DNA of 64,000 bases, taken from Planctomycetota bacterium (GTDB taxonomy: Bacteria; Planctomycetota; PLA2; JAEUHO01). Made by a program: the position numbers and the translations under genes. Shown here piece after piece: positions 20,631 through 30,716 of the stretch (its first letter is position 1; every line of letters starts with the position of its first letter). Location of the stretch: positions 192,001-256,000 of the forward strand of contig CBDCTJ010000003.1 of assembly GCA_965222115.1 (NCBI GenBank). The letters run 5' to 3'. Under the pieces are notes generated by a model. It searched no databases. It saw only the letters and a program-made list of their open reading frames with translations, and was not told the DNA's origin.

Positions 20631-22088
20631 ATGTCCAAGCACGTGCTGAGAATCGCGGTCGCGGGTCTGGTGCTCGCGACTGGATTTGTTCCCGAACGCG
20701 CCCATTCCTCGCCCGAAGAAACCTACGGCACGGCCCATCCCACCCTCGCTCACGAGGTGGACCCCGCCGGGCAATGGATGGTCCTTTGTCAAGTGCGAAA
20801 GGACACCGATGGCGACGGGAAAGTCGAAGCCTTCTTTGATCGTCTTCATGGCAATGTATTGGGTGATGACGTCGAACCCTATCTCGTGCTCGCTCCAGGC
20901 GTGGGCATGCGCATCGAGGACTTTGTTTCGTCCGATCGATCCGGTCGCTGGGTTGCCATCATTCGAGGTGACCGGCTGATACTCATCAATACCCGCACCA
21001 AGAAGGAATGGGACCTCAGTAAGACCGGTGCCTTGACGGACGATGTCGATCCCGTGTTCGGTCCGCACTCGGCCGCGAGTTTCGACGCAGGCGGTAAGCG
21101 CTGCTTGTATCTCCGAAAGAACAAGAAGCGTGTCACCGTCGTGGTCCGAGATCTGGTCACCCACAAAGATGTATTGATTGACCCGGGGCCCGATCTGTTT
21201 CACCGCGCCCATATCGATCCATCCGGCTTGTGGGCACTTGTGTTTGTTGTGGACAAAGACACCGACAAGAACGGAACACTTGAACGTCCAACGTATCCAT
21301 CGTCACTCGTCGAACGCCGTTGCCGAGGATCGGTCGGTGCATATAGCACGTTCGGCCAGCGCGGTGATGACGCCACACTGCGCATCGCACCCACGACCGG
21401 CGGAACGGCTGTGTCGATTCCCGGCTTGATTGCGCCCATTCATGAGGACTTGCTGATTCGCCAATCAAGTGGCGCGTTGGCACTTCGAAAGCGGAACGGT
21501 GATGAGTTTCCCATCGTTGCCGCCCCCGATGCGGCGGTTCTCTACGCCCGTTCCGCCACTACAGCATCATTCGTCCTCGCGTATGGGACGAGCAAAGAGG
21601 ATCGCCCGCTATGGCTTCATCGAGGGAACCGCCGCATTCAACTACCGACAAAAGGGCTCATTAGGCGAGACGACAAACGCAAGATCATCTATGGACAATA
21701 CTGGCCCCATTGGTCTAGGGCGACTACGCCGGGTGTGGCCGATCTCGTGGCGTTTCGCCTGATTCCAACGACTCGCCACGTAGGCGCGATTCACGGAAAC
21801 CGTGCGCTAATTCGAGGCACGAGCGATGGTGATCAACTGCACATCCTGGATCTCGAAACCAAAGAAACGTGGCAGCTACCGGGCACGATGAAGTGCTCGT
21901 GGCGTATGCTCCAAACGGGACCCGCCCTCTTCGAAACAGGACGCATGATTCATCTTCAAGATCCAGATCGCAGTGGCACCTACGAAGGCGACCCGCTAGC
22001 CGTAGACAGCTACGGTCGATTGCTGATTGGCGGCGAGGAGAAACATGGCTTGGTGCTGGGGCCGCTGCGGTGGGTGGAGGTGCGCTGA
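20631..22088 (+). CDS. Secreted beta-rich (propeller-like) hypothetical protein with two DxDxDG-type calcium loops
   Basis: GGAGG RBS; signal peptide; DTDGDGKVE and DTDKNGTLE; repeated DPxGxW motifs. Confidence 0.7.
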   Translation: MSKHVLRIAVAGLVLATGFVPERAHSSPEETYGTAHPTLAHEVDPAGQWMVLCQVRKDTDGDGKVEAFFDRLHGNVLGDDVEPYLVLAPGVGMRIEDFVSSDRSGRWVAIIRGDRLILINTRTKKEWDLSKTGALTDDVDPVFGPHSAASFDAGGKRCLYLRKNKKRVTVVVRDLVTHKDVLIDPGPDLFHRAHIDPSGLWALVFVVDKDTDKNGTLERPTYPSSLVERRCRGSVGAYSTFGQRGDDATLRIAPTTGGTAVSIPGLIAPIHEDLLIRQSSGALALRKRNGDEFPIVAAPDAAVLYARSATTASFVLAYGTSKEDRPLWLHRGNRRIQLPTKGLIRRDDKRKIIYGQYWPHWSRATTPGVADLVAFRLIPTTRHVGAIHGNRALIRGTSDGDQLHILDLETKETWQLPGTMKCSWRMLQTGPALFETGRMIHLQDPDRSGTYEGDPLAVDSYGRLLIGGEEKHGLVLGPLRWVEVR

Positions 22089-22495
22089 TTCGGTCCTTCG
22101 ATGCACGGCACGCGAATCAACGAATCGTGTTCTTCCGTGCCTACCCGTTCGCGCGATCTGGGGAATCGTAGATGCTGGTTGCATCCAGGGTTTCTCCTCG
22201 CTGCGCTCGTCGTACACCCTTCGTTATCACAGGGTTCGCTTCGCTCACCCTTAGCTATCAGCTTTGGCTCCTTCGGAGCCTCATTCTCCTGAACCACTCC
22301 CATATACCACCGCAACAGAACAACGGGCTGAGCTTGGTGGTCTTGGTGAGAGCCTCTTCTTCAAAGAGCTTCCCGCCACCGAATGCGCTCGCACCCACCA
22401 AACGCTCTCCCCCACGCCTGCGCTTCGTTTCTTGGTTCCCTTCGTGTCCTTCGTGAGAACCGTTTCCTCAAGCAGCGGTCGACAAGATACAGCGC

Positions 22496-23437
22496 TCAAC
22501 GACCCAAGTGATCCCACCCACCTCCACGCAACGGATGAATTGCACCATTCGCGGCTTTGATGCACACACCACGCGCTTCTTCCACGACACGCCCAACTTC
22601 GATCAATGGTGTACCGAGTTCTTCGAGTGCTTTCGTAGCCGCGGTACTCAAGGATCCATGCGTAACAAGTAGTTCGAAGTCCTCCCCATCGTCAAGCGCG
22701 TGCTGCAGCGACGTCATGTCACCCTCGGCATACATCGATACGTCTTCGTGAACCGGAATCTTCGACGCCTCAAGTAACGCACCTACGTGTGACGACGAGC
22801 AAATGCGCGGCAGATCACGAGACAGTCCATCACTTATGTCCATGACCGCATGTACGGCGTCGTCATCCACAAGAACGCGCGCGATGTCCATCCGCGGCGT
22901 TGGCCTCAAGTGGCGACCAAAGATTGAGCCGCCAAGCGGTCCGGTCACACTGATCGTGTCCCCCACCACTGCACTGGATCGAAGCAAGGGACGCTTCCCC
23001 ATTAGTTTTCCAAGGATCGAGACCGAGAGCACCAGCGGTCCATCGGCCACGTTCGTATCGCCACCCAGCAGCGGACAATCAAAGTGCTGGGACGCTTCTT
23101 GCAACCCGCGGTTGAGATCGTCGAGGAGCGCTTGATCCGCGTCGGCAGGTGCTACGAGTCCCACGACCATGCCCAGGGGTGAGCCGCCACACGCGGCGAG
23201 ATCCGAAACGTTTACCGCGACGGATTTGAATGCTGCTTGCGACGGCGTGCACTCGGCCAGTAGGAAGTGAACGCCATCAACAAGTGTGTCGTTAGCGAAG
23301 AGCATGGGGCCGTCGTGCGTGAGCAGTGCCACGTCATCACCGATACCTAGCCAACCGGTTGGCAAATTAGTGTGTGTTTTGGCGAGGCGAGCCGTCCATG
23401 CGTCTTCGCCCGACGGGTGCGTCGATTCGCGTGACAC
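22496..23437 (-). CDS. thiL: Thiamine-monophosphate kinase
   Basis: GIGDDVA, DTLVDGVHF, VNVSDLAACG, GGDT, MDISDGL, GEDFELL. Confidence 0.95.
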   Translation of the reverse strand: MSRESTHPSGEDAWTARLAKTHTNLPTGWLGIGDDVALLTHDGPMLFANDTLVDGVHFLLAECTPSQAAFKSVAVNVSDLAACGGSPLGMVVGLVAPADADQALLDDLNRGLQEASQHFDCPLLGGDTNVADGPLVLSVSILGKLMGKRPLLRSSAVVGDTISVTGPLGGSIFGRHLRPTPRMDIARVLVDDDAVHAVMDISDGLSRDLPRICSSSHVGALLEASKIPVHEDVSMYAEGDMTSLQHALDDGEDFELLVTHGSLSTAATKALEELGTPLIEVGRVVEEARGVCIKAANGAIHPLRGGGWDHLGR

Positions 23438-26400
23438 CTAGTTGCCCTTGCTGGTTGCGTCGGCATTGACTGCGTCGGCGCGCGCTTCACGAACCCAACG
23501 GCCCACACGCGAGACCATTTTGTTGGTATCGGCACGTTTGCTGCCGGGATGGAAACCAACATCTACACCCGTAACACGCTGAAAGAGTGCAAAGAGGCGA
23601 TACAGGTAGGCGCTCTTCATGCGCTTACGACCCAGTTCCTGAACAAGTGCGCGGTGTACCGCCCATGCAACCGGAACCGGTTTCATACGGGCAAGTCGCT
23701 GGGCAACCATGTCTTGCACCGGCGTGGCCGGTCCACGTTGCAAACGCAATAATGCAACCATGGCCGCGCGTGAGCGCGGCGCAAGCGTAAGCAGTCCGAG
23801 TGCGGCTGCTTTGCGTACCTCGGGCGATGGATCGCGATCCAATCGAGAAACGAGTGTGGGCACCGCCTTGGTGTCAACGGCATCGACGGCTGCTCCGCAT
23901 GCGGCTTGGCGAACAACCCATGCCTTGTCCTTGATGGCGCGCGCCACCAAGTCGCCGTGGCCCAATGAGCCTGCGGAGAGCGCCCCATCGCGACGCATCA
24001 GTGCGGCCGGATCCAGCAATACACGATCGAGCAGCGCGCGTGTAACCACAGGTGGCGTTGCGCGGGCAGCCGCAGAAAATGCACGATGGCGCACCAGATA
24101 GGCAGGATCGCGAATCTGTCTCAGGAACGATCGATTCTCTTCCAGCCACCCTCCAGGCATCCCCAAGCTCACTTCGCGCCAATGCTCGGCGGGAGGCCTG
24201 CCGGTCAATGTGAGTAGATCATCGTCGAGCGCAGCGTCGCGAAGTGCCGTCATGGGCACCACGCCCGCGGCGATATCAAGATCGCGCGTCACCATTTGTG
24301 GTTGGCTCTTCCAAACAATGGCGAGCACATCCAAACCACGATGCGGTCCCGCTGCGCGCAACAGAATTGCGACAATGGCGTCGCGTTCATCAGGATCACC
24401 ATCGGGATACCGCAAGAGCAGATCTTTGAGTTCTTGTGCCGCCGCGCATCCGCAATCCACGACATCCCGTGACTGCACCTCGCGCGGGCGATCCAGCCAA
24501 CGATCGATACGTTCCCTCGCCTGGGCGCGCGCCGCGGGCGACGGTTCCTCTTGCGCATCGGTAATCGCGATGCCGAGTTCATGAAGTTCCGGTGCTAACG
24601 CGCGCTTACCAACCATCATCACAAACGACTCGGCGGCGCCCGCGCGGTGGTCGGCCAACAACATACGCGCGTACTGCGCACAACCCTTGAGATCCAAGAA
24701 CGCGGGGCCCTCACGTTCCACGCGTTCTCGTGTAGCGTCGAGCCACTGCAGCGGATCTTCCTCCAGTCCCAACATGGGATCGGCGTCGAGTAGCTTGCGT
24801 CGTGCCTCGCTCTTTGGGAAATCTCGATCCAAATTGGACATCAATGTACGCGCCGCACGCTTGTCCCCATCGGTGGCTGACTCGGCGCGAATCAAAAGGG
24901 ACAAGGCGTGCGCCGGATCCCGAAGGCGCATCGCCGCATCCTCTGGAAGCCCGCGTAAGAGCTCACGCGCGGCCCGGCTATCACCTTCCATAAGCGCCGC
25001 TTCCGCGAGTAGCACATGAACTTCATCTCGAATTTCACGGGGTATCTGCGTGGGTAATTCCGATTCCATGGCGGCGCGGCCACCGTCAGCGAGTCCCTTC
25101 TGCGCTCGCTCAAGTGTCTTCCACGAACTGTCATCCATGGTCCGAATACGTAGATGCAACAACGTCATGGCGGGCTCAACCCATGCACCATCAGGCTGTT
25201 TCGTAAACCGTCCCATCAAGCGGTGTGGATCATCACCATCGGCCGCGAAGGCAAGCACCTGACGAACAATGCGAGGGTTGCCTTCTTCCGTAAGCAACAA
25301 CATGGCGGCAAGCGCTGTGGCCTCGGCCGTGTCGTCATCGGCCGGATCGACACGAAGTACATTGCGCTCGCCGAGCGCAAACCGACGATGCAAGGCATCG
25401 AGGCGGGACGACAGATCACCCGCCGCGGCAAGTCCGGCAAAACGGGCGAGCCATACGGGCGTGGCGCGTTGATTGCCCACCAAGGTCTCCAACACGCTCG
25501 CGCCCAAACTGTGGAGCAGCGTTCGATCCGGATCGGCTGTCTTGGCAACAAGCGGCTCGGCATTGACAAGCAGCCGCAGATGGTTGTGCCCCTCAACCAC
25601 TTCGCCGCGCAACTCGTACACCTTTCGTTCATCGCCGAGCGGCGTGAGCACCACACGCGGTGGCTGCCCTTCCGGGAGTCGCAACCCGGTGGTTGTGTGC
25701 AGGCGAGCCACAGCACGGTCAACGCGACGTGACCAGGTGCGAGCGAGTTCCTTGAATCGCGGATCGTTTCGATATTTGCCGCTCACAGCCCACGCCTGCG
25801 TACCGTCTACGCGACCTAACCCTGGGGCTTCCGATGTTTGAGGAATGCCCGATTCGCGCCGGCGCCTTGTTCGCTCGGCCTTTGTTTTCTCTTCGCGCTT
25901 GCGCCGTTCTCGTGAGCGATCGACATACGGCGTGCGAAACGCGCCGGCACCGCGGTAGCGAATGTTCCCCGTGTCCTCGTCATCCTCCTTTGATTTCTCG
26001 CCGCGGTCGGGCAAGACATCATCCAAGGGATCGTCCATGTCGTAGGGATCGTCTCGCGGCGCCTCCCGCATACGCGCATCCTGGGCGTCATCGAACGGTT
26101 CATCGGCAAAAGCAGGGCGCAGCACGTCCAGTTCGTCGTCGGGTACATCGGTCGCAAAGAACTCGTCACGCTCTACTGGCCCAACATCAAATCCGTCCCT
26201 CGACTCGCGACGGCGACGACGAGGCGCGACGTCACCGTCATCTTCAACATCAACGTCACCTGCACTCGAATCATCAACATCGTCATTAGGTTCGAACCCG
26301 TTTGGGTCTTCCTCGCGCCGATCCATGTCGTCTCGTTCGCCGCCATCGGGATCACCGAATGTGCCCCCACGCGTCGAGCGATCCCGTTCACCCCCATCCG

Positions 26401-26578
26401 GATCGCCACGTACCCGGCCTCCGTCCGATGGTTCACTTCGTTCCGTAGAGGACTGGCACGCGTTCAAACCGAGCGAGGCGACGAGCGCCACACCAAACAA
26501 CGACACTCGGATTACGCGACGGCAAAGAACCGCGTAGAGGAATGGCGAGCTGGGGTGGAGAGGCCGAACGGGAGCCAT
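23438..26578 (-). CDS. Large lipoprotein with acidic disordered N-terminus and C-terminal HEAT repeats
   Basis: Lipobox LNAC; D/E/R-rich region with GDPDGGERD twice; VVRQAACGA, DPSPEVRKAAALGL. Confidence 0.7.
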   Translation of the reverse strand: MAPVRPLHPSSPFLYAVLCRRVIRVSLFGVALVASLGLNACQSSTERSEPSDGGRVRGDPDGGERDRSTRGGTFGDPDGGERDDMDRREEDPNGFEPNDDVDDSSAGDVDVEDDGDVAPRRRRRESRDGFDVGPVERDEFFATDVPDDELDVLRPAFADEPFDDAQDARMREAPRDDPYDMDDPLDDVLPDRGEKSKEDDEDTGNIRYRGAGAFRTPYVDRSRERRKREEKTKAERTRRRRESGIPQTSEAPGLGRVDGTQAWAVSGKYRNDPRFKELARTWSRRVDRAVARLHTTTGLRLPEGQPPRVVLTPLGDERKVYELRGEVVEGHNHLRLLVNAEPLVAKTADPDRTLLHSLGASVLETLVGNQRATPVWLARFAGLAAAGDLSSRLDALHRRFALGERNVLRVDPADDDTAEATALAAMLLLTEEGNPRIVRQVLAFAADGDDPHRLMGRFTKQPDGAWVEPAMTLLHLRIRTMDDSSWKTLERAQKGLADGGRAAMESELPTQIPREIRDEVHVLLAEAALMEGDSRAARELLRGLPEDAAMRLRDPAHALSLLIRAESATDGDKRAARTLMSNLDRDFPKSEARRKLLDADPMLGLEEDPLQWLDATRERVEREGPAFLDLKGCAQYARMLLADHRAGAAESFVMMVGKRALAPELHELGIAITDAQEEPSPAARAQARERIDRWLDRPREVQSRDVVDCGCAAAQELKDLLLRYPDGDPDERDAIVAILLRAAGPHRGLDVLAIVWKSQPQMVTRDLDIAAGVVPMTALRDAALDDDLLTLTGRPPAEHWREVSLGMPGGWLEENRSFLRQIRDPAYLVRHRAFSAAARATPPVVTRALLDRVLLDPAALMRRDGALSAGSLGHGDLVARAIKDKAWVVRQAACGAAVDAVDTKAVPTLVSRLDRDPSPEVRKAAALGLLTLAPRSRAAMVALLRLQRGPATPVQDMVAQRLARMKPVPVAWAVHRALVQELGRKRMKSAYLYRLFALFQRVTGVDVGFHPGSKRADTNKMVSRVGRWVREARADAVNADATSKGN

Positions 26579-26661
26579 GAAGCACTCAGCAAGTCGTTAA
26601 GGTTGGGGGTTGACGAGGGGATAGTGCGCAGGGCACGCGCGGGCACCTTCCCACGTACCCT

Positions 26662-27294
26662 TCATGCGTCGGTCATTTCTCGGAGACAGCGCGCGATGTT
26701 TGCAGGTTTTTCGGTATCGCGTAGCGCCCGGCGGACGGCAAGGCCCACTGCATGATGGGATAGCGGACGTGCATTCGTGGGCTCGATGCCTCCAAGCGCC
26801 ACAACCGGCAGCGACGTGCTCTCACGAGCCGCAATGAAGCCTTCGGCGCCCAAGGAACGACCCTTCTTCGGCACCTCAAACACCGGCGACAGTGTGGCGT
26901 AGTCTGCACCCGCGGCTTCTGCATGGGCCAATTCGTCAGTCGTATGACAACTCGCCCCCAGCCAACCGTTCCAAGACGATCGCACGATATGGATCGGCAA
27001 CGAGCGACGACCGACGTGTACACCATCGGCGCCGGACGCACGGGCAACACTGACATGATCGGAAACTACGAGCGCGACGCCCCGTCGATGGCACCACGGC
27101 ACCAGTTCTACTGCCGAGTCAAATAGTTCGCGGGGCGTGGCACGTGGATCGCGCAGCCAGAGTGCCGTTACGCCCCCGGACACACACATTGCGAGACGAG
27201 CACTGGGTACAGCGGTGTCAAGACTGACGAGATACATCAATCGAATGGCGCTGGGGAGGTCTAGCGACATGTGACTCTCGAAACGAAACGTCAA
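26662..27294 (-). CDS. thiE: Thiamine phosphate synthase
   Basis: GADGVHVG, GASCH, GADYATLSPVF, PVVALGGI; start may be ATG 27270. Confidence 0.85.
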   Translation of the reverse strand: MTFRFESHMSLDLPSAIRLMYLVSLDTAVPSARLAMCVSGGVTALWLRDPRATPRELFDSAVELVPWCHRRGVALVVSDHVSVARASGADGVHVGRRSLPIHIVRSSWNGWLGASCHTTDELAHAEAAGADYATLSPVFEVPKKGRSLGAEGFIAARESTSLPVVALGGIEPTNARPLSHHAVGLAVRRALRDTEKPANIARCLREMTDA

Positions 27295-27297
27295 ACG

Positions 27298-28497
27298 CTA
27301 CGAGCGTGCATCAAATAGTAGGTGTTCCAAACCATGGACCAACCCAACATGCTCAGGGATGCAGCGAATGCCAAGTAACACGCCGGCGAGATAACAACGC
27401 CGATCCACAGCTTCGTGACGCAACTTAAGTCCTTCAAACGCGTCACCAAAGATCACGTCTTGGCTCGCGTGAATGCCCGGGAGTCGCACGCTGTGAATTT
27501 GCACGGCGTCGGCCGACAAGCCGCGCGCAAGGGCCTGCGATTGACCGGCATCGCGCGGCGCCTCGCTTCCGCGGCTCGACATTTGCGCTGCGGTGTGAAG
27601 GGCTGTGCCGCTCGGCGCATCCGCTTTGCCCTCGTGATGCCGTTCAACGATCTCAGCGCGAGGAAAATAGTACGCCGCTTCACGCGCGAATCGCTGCATC
27701 AGAATCATGCCGAGCGAGAAATTCGGCGCGACCAACACACCGAGTTCCTTTGCTTGTGCCTGTGCGTCCACTTGCGCGAGAAACTCGTCGCTCATCCCCG
27801 ACGTGCCCACAACAACATGGCAACCGTGACGCAGTGCTGTGGCTACATTTTCTTCAACGGCGTTCGGCGCCGTAAAATCGACGACGACGTGAGGCGACGT
27901 GTCGCTGAGGCATTGGTCGAGATCATCATCCCTATCCACGTGCGCAACCAACCTCACGCCCGGGTCGGCCTCTATACCGGGAAGCAGGGCCTTTCCCATA
28001 CGACCCTCGGCGCCCACGAAGACGACGCGCCGCGTTTCGTCCTTCTGCGTGTCGGCAGTGGCCTTCCACGCAGCAGCGAAATCGTGAATGGCGCCGGCTT
28101 GACCGGCCGTCTCTATACTGCCGGGTCGAAGCGTTCGAACGCGGGCAATGGCTTCGTCCGGCGATGCGCCCGTGACCACCAACCACGCGGCGAGTACGGT
28201 TCCGGTGCGACCTTGACCCGCCATGCAATGCACGGCGACGGGATTGCCCGCATTCACCTGTTCCGCAATCCAAGTGACGCACGACGCCAACGTTTCAACA
28301 CTGGGCGTTCCAAAATCGCGAATGGGCACGTGCTGGCGTTCTAGCCCCTTCGTCTCGCGCGAATCGGGGAGGTCCCGTTCGGTCAGTGTGAGGATGGCCT
28401 TCACGCCCGCGTTGCGTATCGCCTTCCAGGAACGGGGCGATGGATGGGCCATGCCCGCCACGTTGCCGTCGTCGATCCAACTGAAGTTGTCGATCAT
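27298..28497 (-). CDS. dapB: Fusion: dual-specificity protein phosphatase domain + 4-hydroxy-tetrahydrodipicolinate reductase
   Basis: N-terminal NFSW...DFGTP...VAVHCMAGQGRTGT...RPGSIET; C-terminal GAEGRMG, DFT, VVGTSG, APNFSLG, ERHHEGKADAPSGTA. Confidence 0.9.
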   Translation of the reverse strand: MIDNFSWIDDGNVAGMAHPSPRSWKAIRNAGVKAILTLTERDLPDSRETKGLERQHVPIRDFGTPSVETLASCVTWIAEQVNAGNPVAVHCMAGQGRTGTVLAAWLVVTGASPDEAIARVRTLRPGSIETAGQAGAIHDFAAAWKATADTQKDETRRVVFVGAEGRMGKALLPGIEADPGVRLVAHVDRDDDLDQCLSDTSPHVVVDFTAPNAVEENVATALRHGCHVVVGTSGMSDEFLAQVDAQAQAKELGVLVAPNFSLGMILMQRFAREAAYYFPRAEIVERHHEGKADAPSGTALHTAAQMSSRGSEAPRDAGQSQALARGLSADAVQIHSVRLPGIHASQDVIFGDAFEGLKLRHEAVDRRCYLAGVLLGIRCIPEHVGLVHGLEHLLFDARS

Positions 28498-28611
28498 GAT
28501 GTCGAAGGGATACCGCAAAGGTGGCGCCCACCGCGAAGAAATGCTCCGCCCTTCGCCCCGGACTCCGCAAACCACGGCGGAAATCGAGGGTCTGCGACAA
28601 TAATCCCCTTC

Positions 28612-30387
28612 ATGAGTCCACAAGCCATCACGATTCTCGCCATGGCTTGGGTCCTGTTGGGCGCGGTCGTCCCCAAAATCTCGCTCGACGTGGCTGCGAT
28701 CGCCGCATTCGCGACACTCATTTTAGGCGGCGTGCTGGCGCCGACGGAAGCCGTGGCGGGGTTCGGCAATACCACCCTGCTCACCGTCGCGTGCATGTTC
28801 ATCTTGGCGGAGGCCCTGCAGCGCACGGGCGCGGTTCGGGGCGTAGGCCGCTGGGTGGAAGTGGCCGCCCGCAAGAACATGCGCTTTCTATTGATCGGGC
28901 TGCTGCCACTGGTCATGTTGCTATCGGGCGTCATGAGCAATACCGCGGTGGTCGTGTTGCTGCTGCCCGTACTTGTTGCCGCCACGCAACGTTCGCAGAT
29001 GAGTCCCAGCCGAGTGTTGTTGCCCCTTTCCTACGCGAGCATTATTGGCGGTACGTTGACGTTGGTCGGCACAACGACCACGCTGCTCGTGGACGGGATG
29101 TTGCTACAGGCAGGCCGTGACGGAATCGGTCTCTTTGGCATCACACCCATGGGCGCCGTGTTCTGCGTCGTGGGATTGATCTATCTCGTGTTGGCGGGAC
29201 CCAAGCTCTTGCCGAATCGTACGGGACTCGTGACGCCCATCACGGCGGAGGCCACGCGACAGTATCTAACCGAAATCGCCATTCCCGCAGGGTCACCCTT
29301 TGTTGGAAAGCAATTGGGAGATTTCCCGGCGCTTCTCAAGAAGGTGCGCTTCCTACAAATTGTTCGCGGCGAAGAGATTCTTTGGCCCCCGCTTCAACAT
29401 GTTGAGTTGCAAGAAAATGACGTTTTGTTGGTGAAGGCACAGCAGGATGAACTCGTACGACTGCTCGATCAACGGGGGCTACGAAGTCGCAACGAGACGT
29501 CGCAAGACGAAGAGTCGATCCACAGTCACAATGTTGCGTTGGCCGAAGTCATGGTCGCACCGGGAAGTTCGCTCGCCAATCAGACGGTGCAGGGCGCCAA
29601 GCTCCGCTATCGATTCGGCGTAAGCGTGCTGGCCGTTCTGCGCAAGGGTGCGCACCTTCGGCAACACATTGGAGGACTTGCCCTTCGCGTGGGTGATATC
29701 TTGCTCGTGCAGGGTGAACCCAGCGACATCTCGCGGCTCACGCAGACGGAAGATGACCTCATGGTGCTCGGCGGAACGCGACGCATTGAGGCGCGTCGGC
29801 ACAAGCTCCCGATTGCTATAGCCATCGTGGCGGCAGCACTGCTCTCGGCCGCATTTGGCTGGATGCCACTGGTTGTTGCTGTGCTGCTGGGTGCGGCGGG
29901 TCTTGTGGTGACCGGCTGTGTCTCGCGGGGCCAGGCCTACCGAGCCGTGGACCTCCGCATCCTTGTGATCTTGGGTAGCATGCTGGCCCTCGGTGCGGCG
30001 GCTAGCAAAACGGGACTCGCCGCCGACATCGCAGGCGGGATGGTGTCCTTCGGCGAACGCTTTGGTCCCCACGGCATCTTGGCCATGGTGTATCTCGCGA
30101 CAGCCATTCTGACTGAGCTCGTCACCAACGCGGGAACGGCGAGCATCATGATCCCGATTGCACTGTCCATTTCGGATCGTATGCAGCACAACCATGAGCC
30201 GTACGTGTACGCCGTGGCGCTCGCTGCGTCGTGCAGCTTCCTAACGCCGGTGGGCTATCAAACCAATCTATTGGTCCACGGACCGGGTGGGTATCGCTTG
30301 ATGGACTACCTACGACTGGGCGCACCACTGGCGATCTTGTTGTGGGCCCTGGCTACATGGCTACTGCCCATCGTGTATGGGTTCTAA
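28612..30387 (+). CDS. SLC13/CitMHS-family anion permease with two TrkA-C domains
   Basis: SGVMSNTAVV, GGTLTLVGTTT, two RCK_C repeats, FLTPVGYQTNLLVHGPGGY. Confidence 0.92.
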   Translation: MSPQAITILAMAWVLLGAVVPKISLDVAAIAAFATLILGGVLAPTEAVAGFGNTTLLTVACMFILAEALQRTGAVRGVGRWVEVAARKNMRFLLIGLLPLVMLLSGVMSNTAVVVLLLPVLVAATQRSQMSPSRVLLPLSYASIIGGTLTLVGTTTTLLVDGMLLQAGRDGIGLFGITPMGAVFCVVGLIYLVLAGPKLLPNRTGLVTPITAEATRQYLTEIAIPAGSPFVGKQLGDFPALLKKVRFLQIVRGEEILWPPLQHVELQENDVLLVKAQQDELVRLLDQRGLRSRNETSQDEESIHSHNVALAEVMVAPGSSLANQTVQGAKLRYRFGVSVLAVLRKGAHLRQHIGGLALRVGDILLVQGEPSDISRLTQTEDDLMVLGGTRRIEARRHKLPIAIAIVAAALLSAAFGWMPLVVAVLLGAAGLVVTGCVSRGQAYRAVDLRILVILGSMLALGAAASKTGLAADIAGGMVSFGERFGPHGILAMVYLATAILTELVTNAGTASIMIPIALSISDRMQHNHEPYVYAVALAASCSFLTPVGYQTNLLVHGPGGYRLMDYLRLGAPLAILLWALATWLLPIVYGF

Positions 30388-30523
30388 TCCTCGACCTGTT
30401 AGTCCGACTGTAGCGCAACATGAACCTACTTCTGCGCACGGTGTTGCATCCGATAGGGAAACGATGTTTGGTAGTTGGTACTTGGTCCACACGATTTTGC
30501 GCAACAAACTCAAGCGCACGCGA

Positions 30524-30553
30524 TTGACAACCGACCTACTATGACCCTAAAAC
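30524..30553 (+). promoter_or_regulatory. Possible sigma70-type promoter for the Cys-rich gene
   Basis: TTGACA at 30524, TAAAAC 18 nt downstream; weak -10 match. Confidence 0.25.
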
Positions 30554-30716
30554 TGGGGGTGATCGAAACACGGTGTGGCGAAGCCGCCTCTCTCGGGTGG
30601 TGCGGGTCAGGAGGCCCGCTAGGGCATTACGGCATATTCAAACATTGAAGGATGGAAATATGCCGGCCCGAAGGGATGAGAGAGAAAGGGACGCCGCTAT
30701 TTGGAGAGAGAGAACT

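Noticed and set aside
23438-23440. TAG in frame between the HEAT lipoprotein and thiL (pyrrolysine/readthrough fusion?)
   Set aside because: thiL is complete on its own and cytoplasmic, the upstream protein is exported, and no pyl context is visible; simple abutting genes
27415-28344. Long antisense ORFs (also 46589-47545, 52628-53455, 29479-30195, 62988-63695)
   Set aside because: Shadows of well-supported genes on the opposite strand in GC-rich DNA, with no motifs of their own
28498-28611. TPP riboswitch ahead of the dapB-thiE-thiL run
   Set aside because: No CTGAGA/ACCTG core visible; short divergent promoter region
30555-30716. Riboswitch (c-di-GMP or other) in the long leader of the Cys-rich gene
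   Set aside because: Hairpins are possible but I could not match a consensus; an Rfam/Infernal scan would be needed
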